Below are positions 21,301 through 34,500 of a stretch of 64,000 bases of DNA, one piece after another. Numbering within the stretch: the stretch's first letter is position 1; the number at the start of each line of letters is the position of its first letter. The stretch spans positions 310,001-374,000 of the forward strand of contig JASTWF010000324.1 in the NCBI GenBank assembly GCA_030390025.1, in the 5' to 3' direction. The position numbers and the translations under genes are program-made. Under the pieces are notes generated by a model. That model was not told the DNA's origin. It saw nothing but the letters and a program-made list of their open reading frames with translations, and ran no database searches. The stretch is from Squalus acanthias (taxonomy: Eukaryota).

Positions 21301-24300
21301 GAGAATCAGAGAGACTGAGAGAGAATCAGAGACTGAGAGAGAATCAAGAGACTGAGAGAGAATCAGAGAGACTGAGAGAGAATCAGAGACTGAGAGAGAA
21401 TCAGAGAGACTGAGAGAGAATCAGAGAGACTGAAGAGAATCAGAGACTGAGAGAGAATCAGAGACTGAGAGAGAATCAGAGAGACTGAGAGAGAATCAGA
21501 GACTGAGAGAGAATCAGAGACTGAGAGAGAATCAGAGAGACTGAGAGAGAATCAGAGACTGAGAGAGAATCAGAGAGACTGAGAGAGAATCAGAGACTGA
21601 GAGAGAATCAGAGAGACTGAGAGAGAATCAGAGAGACTGAGAGAGAATCAGAGAGACTGAGAGAGAATCAGAGACTGAGAGAGAATCAGAGAGACTGAGA
21701 GAGAATCAGAGAGACTGAGAGAGAATCAGAGAGACTGAGAGAGAATCAGAGAGACTGAGAGACAATCAGAGAGACTGAGAGAGAATCAGAGACTGAGAGA
21801 GAATCAGAGACTGAGAGAGAATCAGAGAGACTGAGAGAGAATCAGAGACTGAGAGAGAATCAGAGAGACTGAGAGAGAATCAGAGAGACTGAGAGAGAAT
21901 CAGAGAGACTGAGAGAGAATCAGAGAGACTGAGAGAGAATCAGAGAGACTGAGAGAGAATCAGAGAGACTGAGAGAGAATCAGAGAGACTGAGAGAGAAT
22001 CAGAGAGACTGAGAGAGAATCAGAGACTGAGAGAGAATCAGAGAGACTGAGAGAGAATCAGAGAGACTGAGAGAGAATCAGAGAGACTGAGAGAGAATCA
22101 GAGACTGAGAGAGAATCAGAGAGACTGAGAGAGAATCAGAGAGACTGAGAGAGAATCAGAGAGACTGAGAGAGAATCAGAGAGACTGAGAGAGAATCAGA
22201 GAGACTGAGAGAGAATCAGAGCGACTGAGAGAGAATCAGAGAGACTGAGAGAGAATCAGAGAGACTGAGAGAGAATCAGAGACTGAGAGAGAATCAGAGA
22301 GACTGAGAGAGAATCAGAGAGACTGAGAGAGAATCAGAGACTGGGAGAGAATCAGAGACTGAGAGAGAATCAGAGAGACTGAGAGAGAATCAGAGAGACT
22401 GAGAGAGAATCAGAGACTGGAGAGAATCAGAGACTGAGAGAGAATCAGAGACTGAGAGAGAATCAGAGAGACTGAGAGAGAATCAGAGAGACTGAGAGAG
22501 AATCAGAGAGACTGAGAGAGAATCAGAGACTGAGAGAGAATCAGAGAGACTGAGAGAGAATCAGAGAGACTGAGAGAGAATCAGAGAGACTGAGAGAGAA
22601 TCAGAGACTGAGAGAGAATCAGAGAGACTGAGAGAGAATCAGAGAGACTGTGAGAGAATCAGAGACTGGGAGAGAATCAGAGACTGAGAGAGAATCAGAG
22701 ACTGAGAGAGAATCAGAGAGACTGAGAGAGAATCAGAGAGACTGAGAGAGAATCAGAGACTGGAGAGAATCAAAGACTGAGAGAGAATCAGAGAGACTGA
22801 GAGAGAATCAGAGACTGAGAGAGAATCAGAGAGACTGAGAGAGAATCAGAGAGACTGAGAGAGAATCAGAGACTGAGAGAGAATCAGAGACTGAGAGAGA
22901 ATCAGAGAGACTGAGAGAGAATCAGAGACTGAGAGAGAATCAGAGACTGAGAGAGAATCAGAGAGACTGAGAGAGAATCAGAGACTGAGAGAGAATCAGA
23001 GAGACTGAGAGAGAATCAGAGACTGAGAGAGAATCAGAGAGACTGAGAGAGAATCAGAGAGACTGAGAGAGAATCAGAGAGACTGAGAGAGAATCAGAGA
23101 CTGAGAGAGAATCAGAGAATGAGAGAGAATCAGAGAGACTGAGAGAGAATCAGAGACTGAGAGAGAATCAGAGACTGAGAGAGAATCAGAGAGACTGAGA
23201 GAGAATCAGAGACTGAGAGAGAATCAGAGACTGAGAGAGACTGAGAGAGAATCAGAGACTGAGAGAGAATCAGAGAGACTGAGAGAGAATCAGAGACTGA
23301 GAGAGAATCAGAGAGACTGAGAGAGAATCAGAGAGACTGAGAGAGAATCAGAGAGACTGAGAGAGAATCAGAGACTGAGAGAGAATCAGAGACTGAGAGA
23401 GAATCAGAGAGACTGAGAGAGAATCAGAGACTGAGAGAGAATCAGAGACTGAGAGAGAATCAGAGAGACTGAGAGAGAATCAGAGAGACTAAGAGAGAAT
23501 CAGAGAGACTGAGAGAGAATCAGAGAGACTGAGAGAGAATCAGAGAGACTGAGAGAGAATCAGAGAGACTGAGAGAGAATCAGAGACTGAGAGAGAATCA
23601 GAGACTGAGAGAGAATCAGAGAGACTGAGAGAGAATCAGAGAGACTGAGAGAGAATCAGAGAGACTGAGAGAGAATCAGAGAGACTGAGAGAGAATCAGA
23701 GACTGAGAGAGAATCAGAGACTGAGAGAGAATCAGAGAGACTGAGAGAGAATCAGAGAGACTGAGAGAGAATCAGAGACTGAGAGAGAATCAGAGAGACT
23801 GAGAGAGAATCAGAGACTGAGAGAGAATCAGAGAGACTGAGAGAGAATCAGAGAGACTGAGAGAGAATCAGAGAGACTGAGAGAGAATCAGAGAGACTGA
23901 GAGAGAATCAGAGAGACTGAGAGAGAATCAGAGACTGAGAGAGAATCAGAGAGACTGAGAGAGAATCAGAGAGACTGAGAGAGAATCAGAGACTGAGAGA
24001 GAATCAGAGAGACTGAGAGAGAATCAGAGAGACTGAGAGAGAATCAGAGACTGAGAGAGAATCAGAGAGACTGAGAGAGAATCAGAGAGACTGAGAGAGA
24101 ATCAGAGACTGGGAGAGAATCAGAGACGGAGAGAGAATCAGAGACTGAGAGAGAATCAGAGAGACTGAGAGAGAATCAGAGAGACTGAGAGAGAATCAGA
24201 GACTGGGAGAGAATCAAAGACTGAGAGAGAATCAGAGAGACTGAGAGAGAATCAGAGACTGAGAGAGAATCAGAGTGACTGAGAGAGAATCAGAGAGACT

Positions 24301-27300
24301 GAGAGAGAATCAGAGACTGAGAGAGAATCAGAGACTGAGAGAGAATCAGAGAGACTGAGAGAGAATCAGAGACTGAGAGAGAATCAGAGACTGAGAGAGA
24401 ATCAGAGAGACTGAGAGAGAATCAGAGAGACTGAGAGAGAATCAGAGACTGAGAGAGAATCAGAGACTGAGAGAGAATCAGAGACTGAGAGAGAATCAGA
24501 GAGACTGAGAGAGAATCAGAGAGACTGAGAGAGAATCAGAGAGACTGAGAGAGAATCAGAGAGACTAAGAGAGAATCAGAGAGACTGAGAGAGAATCAGA
24601 GAGACTGAGAGAGAATCAGAGACTGAGAGAGAATCAGAGACTGAGAGAGAATCAGAGACTGAGAGACAATCAGAGAGACTGAGAGAGAATCAGAGACTGA
24701 GAGAGAATCAGAGAGACTGAGAGAGAATCAGAGAGACTGAGAGAGAATCAGAGAGACTGAGAGAGAATCAGAGAGACTGAGAGAGAATCAGAGAGACTGA
24801 GTGAGAATCAGAGACTGAGAGAGAATCAGAGAGACTGAGAGAGAATCAGAGAGACTGAGAGAGAATCAGAGACTGAGAGAGAATCAGAGAGACTGAGAGA
24901 GAATCAGAGAGACTGAGAGAGAATCAGAGACTGAGAGAGAATCAGAGACTGAGAGAGAATCAGAGAGACTGAGAGAGAATCAGAGACTGAGAGAGAATCA
25001 GAGAGACTGAGAGAGAATCAGAGAGACTGAGAGAGAATCAGAGACTGTGAGAGAATCAGAGACTGAGAGAGAATCAGAGACTGAGAGAGAATCAGAGAGA
25101 CTGAGAGAGAATCAGAGAGACTGAGAGAGAATCAGAGACTGGGAGAGAATCAAAGACTGAGAGAGAATCAGAGAGACTGAGAGAGAATCAGAGACTGAGA
25201 GAGAATCAGAGAGACTGAGAGAGAATCAGAGAGACTGAGAGAGAATCAGAGACTGAGAGAGAATCAGAGAATGAGAGAGAATCAGAGAGACTGAGAGAGA
25301 ATCAGAGACTGAGAGAGAATCAGAGACTGAGAGAGAATCAGAGAGACTGAGAGAGAATCAGAGACTGAGAGAGAATCAGAGAGACTGAGAGAGAATCAGA
25401 GACTGAGAGAGAATCAGAGAGACTGAGAGAGAATCAGAGTCTGAGAGAGAATCAGAGACTGAAAGAGAATCAGAGAGACTGAGAGAGAATCAGAGAGACT
25501 GAGAGAGAATCAGAGACTGAGAGAGAATCAGAGACTGAGAGAGAATCAGAGACTGAGAGAGAATCAGAGAGACTGAGAGAGAATCAGAGAGACTGAGAGA
25601 GAATCAGAGAGACTGAGAGAGAATCAGAGAGACTGAGAGAGAATCAGAGACTGAGAGAGAATCAGAGACTGAGAGAGGATCAGAGAGACTGAGAGAGAAT
25701 CAGAGACTGAGAGAGAATCAGAGAGACTGAGAGAGAATCAGAGAGACTGAGAGAGAATCAGAGAGACAGAGAGAGAATCAGAGACTGAGAGAGAATCAGA
25801 GACTGAGAGAGAATCAGAGAGACTGAGAGAGAATCAGAGAGACTGAGAGAGAATCAGAGACTGAGAGAGAATCAGAGAGACTGAGAGAGAATCAGAGAGA
25901 CTGAGAGAGAATCAGAGAGACTGAGAGAGAATCAGAGACTGAGAGAGAATCAGAGAGACTGAGAGAGAATCAGAGAGACTGAGAGAGAATCAGAGACTGA
26001 GAGAGAATCAGAGACTGAGAGGGAATCAGAGACTGAGAGAGAATCAGAGAGACTGAGAGAGAATCAGAGAGACTAAGAGAGAATCAGAGAGACTGAGAGA
26101 GAATCAGAGAGACTGAGAGAGAATCAGAGAGACTGAGAGAGAATCAGAGACTGAGAGAGAATCAGAGACTGAGAGAGAATCAGAGACTGAGAGAGAATCA
26201 GAGACTGAGAGAGAATCAGAGAGACTGAGAGAGAATCAGAGAGACTAAGAGAGAATCAGAGAGACTGAGAGAGAATCAGAGAGACTGAGAGAGAATCAGA
26301 GAGACTGAGAGAGAATCAGAGAGACTGAGAGAGAATCAGAGACTGAGAGAGTATCAGAGACTGAGAGAGAATCAGAGAGACTGAGAGAGAATCAGAGAGA
26401 CTGAGAGAGAATCAGAGAGACTGAGAGAGAATCAGAGAGACTGAGAGAGAATCAGAGACTGAGAGAGAATCAGAGACTGAGAGAGAATCAGAGAGACTGA
26501 GAGAGAATCAGAGAGACTGAGAGAGAATCAGAGACTGAGAGAGAATCAGAGAGACTGAGAGAGAATCAGAGAGACTGAGAGAGAATCAGAGAGACTGAGA
26601 GAGAATCAGAGAGACTGAGAGAGAATCAGAGAGACTGAGTGAGAATCAGAGACTGAGAGAGAATCAGAGAGACTGAGAGAGAATCAGAGAGACTGAGAGA
26701 GAATCAGAGACTGAGAGAGAATCAGAGAGACTGAGAGAGAATCAGAGAGACTGAGAGAGAATCAGAGACTGGGAGAGAATCAGAGACTGAGAGAGAATCA
26801 GAGAGACTGAGAGAGAATCAGAGACTGAGAGAGAATCAGAGAGTCTGAGAGAGAATCAGAGAGACTGAGAGAGAATCAGAGACTGGGAGAGAATCAGAGA
26901 CTGAGAGAGAATCAGAGACTGAGAGAGAATCAGAGAGACTGAGAGAGAATCAGAGAGACTAAGAGAATCAGAGACTGAGAGAGAATCAGAGACTGAGAGA
27001 GAATCAGAGAGACTGAGAGAGAATCAGAGACTGAGAGAGAATCAGAGACTGAGAGAGAATTAGAGAGACTGAGAGAGAATCAGAGACTGAGAGAGAATCA
27101 GAGAGACTGAGAGAGAATCAGAGACTGAGAGAGAATCAGAGAGACTGAGAGAGAATCAGAGAGACTGAGAGAGAATCAGAGAGACTGAGAGAGAATCAGA
27201 GACTGAGAGAGAATCAGAGAGACTGAGAGAGAATCAGAGAGACTGAGAGAGAATCAGAGAGACTAAGAGAGAATCAGAGAGACTGAGAGTCAATCAGAGA

Positions 27301-30103
27301 GACTGAGAGAGAATCAGAGACTGAGAGAGAATCAGAGACTGAGAGAGAATCAGAGAGACTGAGAGAGAATCAGAGACTGAGAGAGAATCAGAGAGACTGA
27401 GAGAGAATCAGAGAGACTGAGAGAGAATCAGAGAGACTGAGAGAGAATCAGAGAGACTGAGAGAGAATCAGAGAGACTGAGAGAGAATCAGAGAGACTGA
27501 GAGAGAATCAGAGAGACTGAGAGAGAATCAGAGAGACTGAGAGAGAATCAGAGACTGAGAGAGAATCAGAGAGACTGAGAGAGAATCAGAGAGACTGAGA
27601 GAGAATCAGAGAGACTGAGAGAGAATCAGAGACTGAGAGAGAATCAGAGAGACTGAGAGAGAATCAGAGAGACTGAGAGAGAATCAGAGAGACTGAGAGA
27701 GAATCAGAGAGACTGAGAGAGAATCAGAGAGACTGAGAGAGAATCAGAGAGACTGAGAGAGAATCAGAGAGACTGAGAGAGAATCAGAGACTGAGAGAGA
27801 ATCAGAGAGACTGAGAGAGAATCAGAGAGACTGAGAGAGAATCAGAGACTGGGAGAGAATCAGAGACTGAGAGAGAATCAGAGAGACTGAGAGAGAATCA
27901 GAGAGACTGAGAGAGAATCAGAGACTGGGAGAGAATCAGAGACTGAGAGAGAATCAGAGACTGAGAGAGAATCAGAGAGACTGAGAGAGAATCAGAGAGA
28001 CTGAGAGAGAATCAGAGAGACTGAGAGAGAATCAGAGACTGAGAGAGAATCAGAGAGACTGAGAGAGAATCAGAGAGACTGAGAGAGAATCAGAGAGACT
28101 GAGAGAGAATCAGAGACTGAGAGAGAATCAGAGAGACTGAGAGAGAATCAGAGAGACTGAGAGAGAATCAGAGACTGGGAGAGAATCAGAGACTGAGAGA
28201 GAATCAGAGACTGAGAGAGAATCAGAGAGACTGAGAGAGAATCAGAGAGACTGAGAGAGAATCAGAGACTGGGAGAGAATCAAAGACTGAGAGAGAATCA
28301 GAGAGACTGAGAGAGAATCAGAGACTGAGAGAGAATCAGAGAGACTGAGAGAGAATCAGAGAGACTGAGAGAGAATCAGAGACTGAGAGAGAATCAGAGA
28401 CTGAGAGAGAATCAGAGAGACTGAGAGAGAATCAGAGACTGAGAGAGAATCAGAGACTGAGAGAGAATCAGAGAGACTGAGAGAGAATCAGAGACTGAGA
28501 GAGAATCAGAGAGACTGAGAGAGAATCAGAGACTGAGAGAGAATCAGAGAGACTGAGAGAGAATCAGAGAGACTGAGAGAGAATCAGAGAGACTGAGAGA
28601 GAATCAGAGACTGAGAGAGAATCAGAGAGACTGAGAGAGAATCAGAGAGACTGAGAGAGAATCAGAGAGACTGAGAGAGAATCAGAGAGACTGAGAGAGA
28701 ATCAGAGAGACTGAGAGAATCAGAGAGACTGAGAGAGAATCAGAGACTGAGAGAGAAACAGAGACTGAGAGAGAATCAGAGAGACTGAGAGAGAATCAGA
28801 GAGACTGAGAGAGAATCAGAGAGACTGAGAGAGAATCAGAGAGACTGAGAGAGAATCAGAGACTGAGAGAGAATCAGAGACTGAGAGAGAATCAGAGAGA
28901 CTAAGAGAGAATCAGAGAGACTGAGAGAGAATCAGAGAGACTGAGAGAGAATCAGAGAGACTGAGAGAGAATCAGAGACTGAGAGAGAAACAGAGACTGA
29001 GAGAGAATCAGAGAGACTGAGAGAGAATCAGAGACTGAGAGAGAATCAGAGAGACTGAGAGAGAATCAGAGACTGAGAGAGAATCAGAGACTGAGAGAGA
29101 ATCAGAGAGACTTCGAGAGAATCAGAGAGACTGAGAGAGAATCAGAGAGACTGAGAGAGAATCAGAGAGACTGAGAGAGAATCAGAGACTGAGAGAGAAT
29201 CAGAGAGACTGAGAGAGAATCAGAGAGACTGAGAGAGAATCAGAGAGACTGAGAGAGAATCAGAGAGACTGAGAGAGAATCAGAGACTGAGAGAGAATCA
29301 GAGACTGAGAGAGAATCAGAGAGACTGAGAGAGAATCAGAGACTGAGAGAGAATCAGAGACTGAGAGAGAATCAGAGAGACTGAGAGAGAATCAGAGACT
29401 GAGAGAGAATCAGAGAGACAGAGAGAGAATCAGAGAGACTGAGAGAGAATCAGAGACTGAGAGAGAATCAGAGAGACTGAGAGAGAATCAGAGAGACTGA
29501 GAGAGAATCAGAGACTGAGAGAGAATCAGAGACTGAGAGAGAATCAGAGACTGAGAGGGAATCAGAGACTGAGAGAGAATCAGAGAGACTGAGAGAGAAT
29601 CAGAGAGACTAAGAGAGAATCAGAGAGACTGAGAGAGAATCAGAGAGACTGAGAGAGAATCAGAGAGACTGAGAGAGAATCAGAGACTGAGAGAGAATCA
29701 GAGACTGAGAGAGAATCAGAGACTGAGAGAGAATCAGAGACTGAGAGAGAATCAGAGAGACTGAGAGAGAATCAGAGAGACTAAGAGAGAATCAGAGAGA
29801 CTGAGAGAGAATCAGAGAGACTGAGAGAGAATCAGAGAGACTGAGAGAGAATCAGAGAGACTGAGAGAGAATCAGAGACTGAGAGAGTATCAGAGACTGA
29901 GAGAGAATCAGAGAGACTGAGAGAGAATCAGAGAGACTGAGAGAGAATCAGAGAGACTGAGAGAGAATCAGAGAGACTGAGAGAGAATCAGAGACTGAGA
30001 GAGAATCAGAGACTGAGAGAGAATCAGAGAGACTGAGAGAGAATCAGAGAGACTGAGAGAGAATCAGAGACTGAGAGAGAATCAGAGAGACTGAGAGAGA
30101 ATC
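15370..30103. repeat. GA-rich 18/20-bp satellite, block 2
   Basis: Same unit and orientation as block 1. Confidence 0.99.
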
Positions 30104-31559
30104 TGTAAGGGATTCTCTCCTGACCCTGCGTGTCTCGTAGCCTGTGAGGTTCACGCGGCTCTGTGCAGCCTGTATGTCAGTGCGGGTCTAGGCCTGGTCT
30201 CCAGCCAGTCTGGGAACACTAGACACCCCTGTGAGTGGTTCGAATCACTCTCCCTTACGGTTCTAGACACTGGACTTAGATGCGAGAGCAGTAATGGAGA
30301 TAAAACTCATGTAGACTTGGTTTGAACGGTACGAAATGGAAAATCTTTATTGCATGATACTTAAAATTATGAAATACATGTCATATGCACAGATTAATGA
30401 CAGTACAATCTTACAAACAGTTATAATCACTCTTAGGGAAACGAGGAACGACCAGCACAACGTAAATAGGGCACACATTACAAATATCCTTAATCTTTAA
30501 ACCCTCCCCTATCAATAACTATCCTAAAACTAGCTTCGTAGGATCCCGAGACTCATGCTCACCACTCGTAATAACTCGGAGAAATCCCGAATAGCTGATC
30601 GGATGTTTTTCACCGCAGCACCCACGTGTTGGTCAGGAGATCTCCTGGTCCCACTTGTTTACTGCTTCTGCTGCTCGGTCAGTCGGCTGGACCGTCCGCT
30701 GTAGTGAAGACCTCGTGGCGATGGATAAGGTCTTCTTCTCTTCTCCTCTCATCTCATCTCATCTCATCTCATCTCATCCCGGGCCTTCGGTTCCGCTGCC
30801 AGCTACCAACATAGGTCTTTGCAACAGTCTTTTACCCAGGAGCAGCCACGAGGTTACGAATCGACCGGATAAAACACAGGAGCAGCCACGATGATAACAG
30901 CAGCAAGCGGCAAGAGTAAAGAGCAAAAGAGCAAGAGAGCGAATGGACGGTTTGGGCCTGCAATTATAGTGCACAGTTCTTCCGTTTCCCGCCCAACTAC
31001 AATGTCCATTCTTTTGTTTAAGGTTTGGCGCCCAAAAATGTCCTGTATGGGTGATCTCTGTCCTTAATGGGTTTCGGGGCTACTCCTGAATGTTTGAGTA
31101 CCTGTTAATATTTCTCCCATTGTTAAATCGGTCGGTGTTCCCCCTGGAGGGGTTTGGGGCTTCCAAGTGTCCTGTATAACTACCTGCTAACGGCTCTCTC
31201 ATCGTAGAGCCGTTGGGAGTTTACATATTAATGTCCTTTGGATGGGCCCTTGATGGCTTTCCTTTGTACCTGGGAGACCGATCCCAGTATCGATGTTTAT
31301 ACTGTAAACCCATAATGTCCTGTGTATTGTCTTCACTGTGCTGAATCGTTATCGATCCTGCAAAAATGTTTATTGGAACGCCATCTTGTCTGCCTGCTGA
31401 AAAGTCTCGAATGTTCTGTCACGCGGTGCGGCGGCCATTTTACAGGCTGCTTGTGTCCAATTTAAACCTGACAGCATTCCGCTGAAATAAAAGCTGTTTT
31501 GAACGAAACTTGTGTTTTCTCCTTATTAAAATGAAATCGCGATAATTGCGAATTCTACA
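30104..31559 (-). mobile_element. Solo LTR (1456 bp) of the same retroviral family, different subfamily
   Basis: TGTAAGGGATTC...GAATTCTACA; flanked by AATC at 30100-30103 and 31560-31563 (4-bp TSD); no PPT/PBS or internal sequence beside it. Confidence 0.95.
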
Positions 31560-34500
31560 AATCAGAGAGACTGAGAGAGAATCAGAGAGACTGAGAGAGA
31601 ATCAGAGAGACTGAGAGAGAATCAGAGAGACTGAGTGAGAATCAGAGACTGAGAGAGAATCAGAGAGACTGAGAGAGAATCAGAGAGACTGAGAGAGAAT
31701 CAGAGACTGAGAGAGAATCAGAGAGACTGAGAGAGAATCAGAGAGACTGAGAGAGAATCAGAGACTGGGAGAGAATCAGAGACTGAGAGAGAATCAGAGA
31801 GACTGAGAGAGAATCAGAGACTGAGAGAGAATCAGAGAGTCTGAGAGAGAATCAGAGAGACTGAGAGAGAATCAGAGACTGGGAGAGAATCAGAGACTGA
31901 GAGAGAATCAGAGACTGAGAGAGAATCAGAGAGACTGAGAGAGAATCAGAGAGACTGAGAGAGAATCAGAGACTGGGAGAGAATCAAAGACTGAGAGAGA
32001 ATCAGAGAGACTGAGAGAGAATCAGAGACTGAGAGAGAATCAGAGAGACTGAGAGAGAATCAGAGAGACTAAGAGAATCAGAGACTGAGAGAGAATCAGA
32101 GACTGAGAGAGAATCAGAGAGACTGAGAGAGAATCAGAGACTGAGAGAGAATCAGAGACTGAGAGAGAATTAGAGAGACTGAGAGAGAATCAGAGACTGA
32201 GAGAGAATCAGAGAGACTGAGAGAGAATCAGAGACTGAGAGAGAATCAGAGAGACTGAGAGAGAATCAGAGAGACTGAGAGAGAATCAGAGAGACTGAGA
32301 GAGAATCAGAGACTGAGAGAGAATCAGAGAGACTGAGAGAGAATCAGAGAGACTGAGAGAGAATCAGAGAGACTAAGAGAGAATCAGAGAGACTGAGAGT
32401 CAATCAGAGAGACTGAGAGAGAATCAGAGACTGAGAGAGAATCAGAGACTGAGAGAGAATCAGAGAGACTGAGAGAGAATCAGAGACTGAGAGAGAATCA
32501 GAGAGACTGAGAGAGAATCAGAGAGACTGAGAGAGAATCAGAGAGACTGAGAGAGAATCAGAGAGACTGAGAGAGAATCAGAGAGACTGAGAGAGAATCA
32601 GAGAGACTGAGAGAGAATCAGAGAGACTGAGAGAGAATCAGAGAGACTGAGAGAGAATCAGAGACTGAGAGAGAATCAGAGAGACTGAGAGAGAATCAGA
32701 GAGACTGAGAGAGAATCAGAGAGACTGAGAGAGAATCAGAGACTGAGAGAGAATCAGAGAGACTGAGAGAGAATCAGAGAGACTGAGAGAGAATCAGAGA
32801 GACTGAGAGAGAATCAGAGAGACTGAGAGAGAATCAGAGAGACTGAGAGAGAATCAGAGAGACTGAGAGAGAATCAGAGAGACTGAGAGAGAATCAGAGA
32901 CTGAGAGAGAATCAGAGAGACTGAGAGAGAATCAGAGAGACTGAGAGAGAATCAGAGACTGGGAGAGAATCAGAGACTGAGAGAGAATCAGAGAGACTGA
33001 GAGAGAATCAGAGAGACTGAGAGAGAATCAGAGACTGGGAGAGAATCAGAGACTGAGAGAGAATCAGAGACTGAGAGAGAATCAGAGAGACTGAGAGAGA
33101 ATCAGAGAGACTGAGAGAGAATCAGAGAGACTGAGAGAGAATCAGAGACTGAGAGAGAATCAGAGAGACTGAGAGAGAATCAGAGAGACTGAGAGAGAAT
33201 CAGAGAGACTGAGAGAGAATCAGAGACTGAGAGAGAATCAGAGAGACTGAGAGAGAATCAGAGAGACTGAGAGAGAATCAGAGACTGGGAGAGAATCAGA
33301 GACTGAGAGAGAATCAGAGACTGAGAGAGAATCAGAGAGACTGAGAGAGAATCAGAGAGACTGAGAGAGAATCAGAGACTGGGAGAGAATCAAAGACTGA
33401 GAGAGAATCAGAGAGACTGAGAGAGAATCAGAGACTGAGAGAGAATCAGAGAGACTGAGAGAGAATCAGAGAGACTGAGAGAGAATCAGAGACTGAGAGA
33501 GAATCAGAGACTGAGAGAGAATCAGAGAGACTGAGAGAGAATCAGAGACTGAGAGAGAATCAGAGACTGAGAGAGAATCAGAGAGACTGAGAGAGAATCA
33601 GAGACTGAGAGAGAATCAGAGAGACTGAGAGAGAATCAGAGACTGAGAGAGAATCAGAGAGACTGAGAGAGAATCAGAGAGACTGAGAGAGAATCAGAGA
33701 GACTGAGAGAGAATCAGAGACTGAGAGAGAATCAGAGAGACTGAGAGAGAATCAGAGAGACTGAGAGAGAATCAGAGAGACTGAGAGAGAATCAGAGAGA
33801 CTGAGAGAGAATCAGAGAGACTGAGAGAATCAGAGAGACTGAGAGAGAATCAGAGACTGAGAGAGAAACAGAGACTGAGAGAGAATCAGAGAGACTGAGA
33901 GAGAATCAGAGAGACTGAGAGAGAATCAGAGAGACTGAGAGAGAATCAGAGAGACTGAGAGAGAATCAGAGACTGAGAGAGAATCAGAGACTGAGAGAGA
34001 ATCAGAGAGACTAAGAGAGAATCAGAGAGACTGAGAGAGAATCAGAGAGACTGAGAGAGAATCAGAGAGACTGAGAGAGAATCAGAGACTGAGAGAGAAA
34101 CAGAGACTGAGAGAGAATCAGAGAGACTGAGAGAGAATCAGAGACTGAGAGAGAATCAGAGAGACTGAGAGAGAATCAGAGACTGAGAGAGAATCAGAGA
34201 CTGAGAGAGAATCAGAGAGACTTCGAGAGAATCAGAGAGACTGAGAGAGAATCAGAGAGACTGAGAGAGAATCAGAGAGACTGAGAGAGAATCAGAGACT
34301 GAGAGAGAATCAGAGAGACTGAGAGAGAATCAGAGAGACTGAGAGAGAATCAGAGAGACTGAGAGAGAATCAGAGAGACTGAGAGAGAATCAGAGACTGA
34401 GAGAGAATCAGAGACTGAGAGAGAATCAGAGAGACTGAGAGAGAATCAGAGACTGAGAGAGAATCAGAGACTGAGAGAGAATCAGAGAGACTGAGAGAGA

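Noticed and set aside
10885..30104. The two LTRs as the ends of a single provirus
   Set aside because: The second LTR has its own TSD on both sides, no PBS or internal sequence, and a different core.
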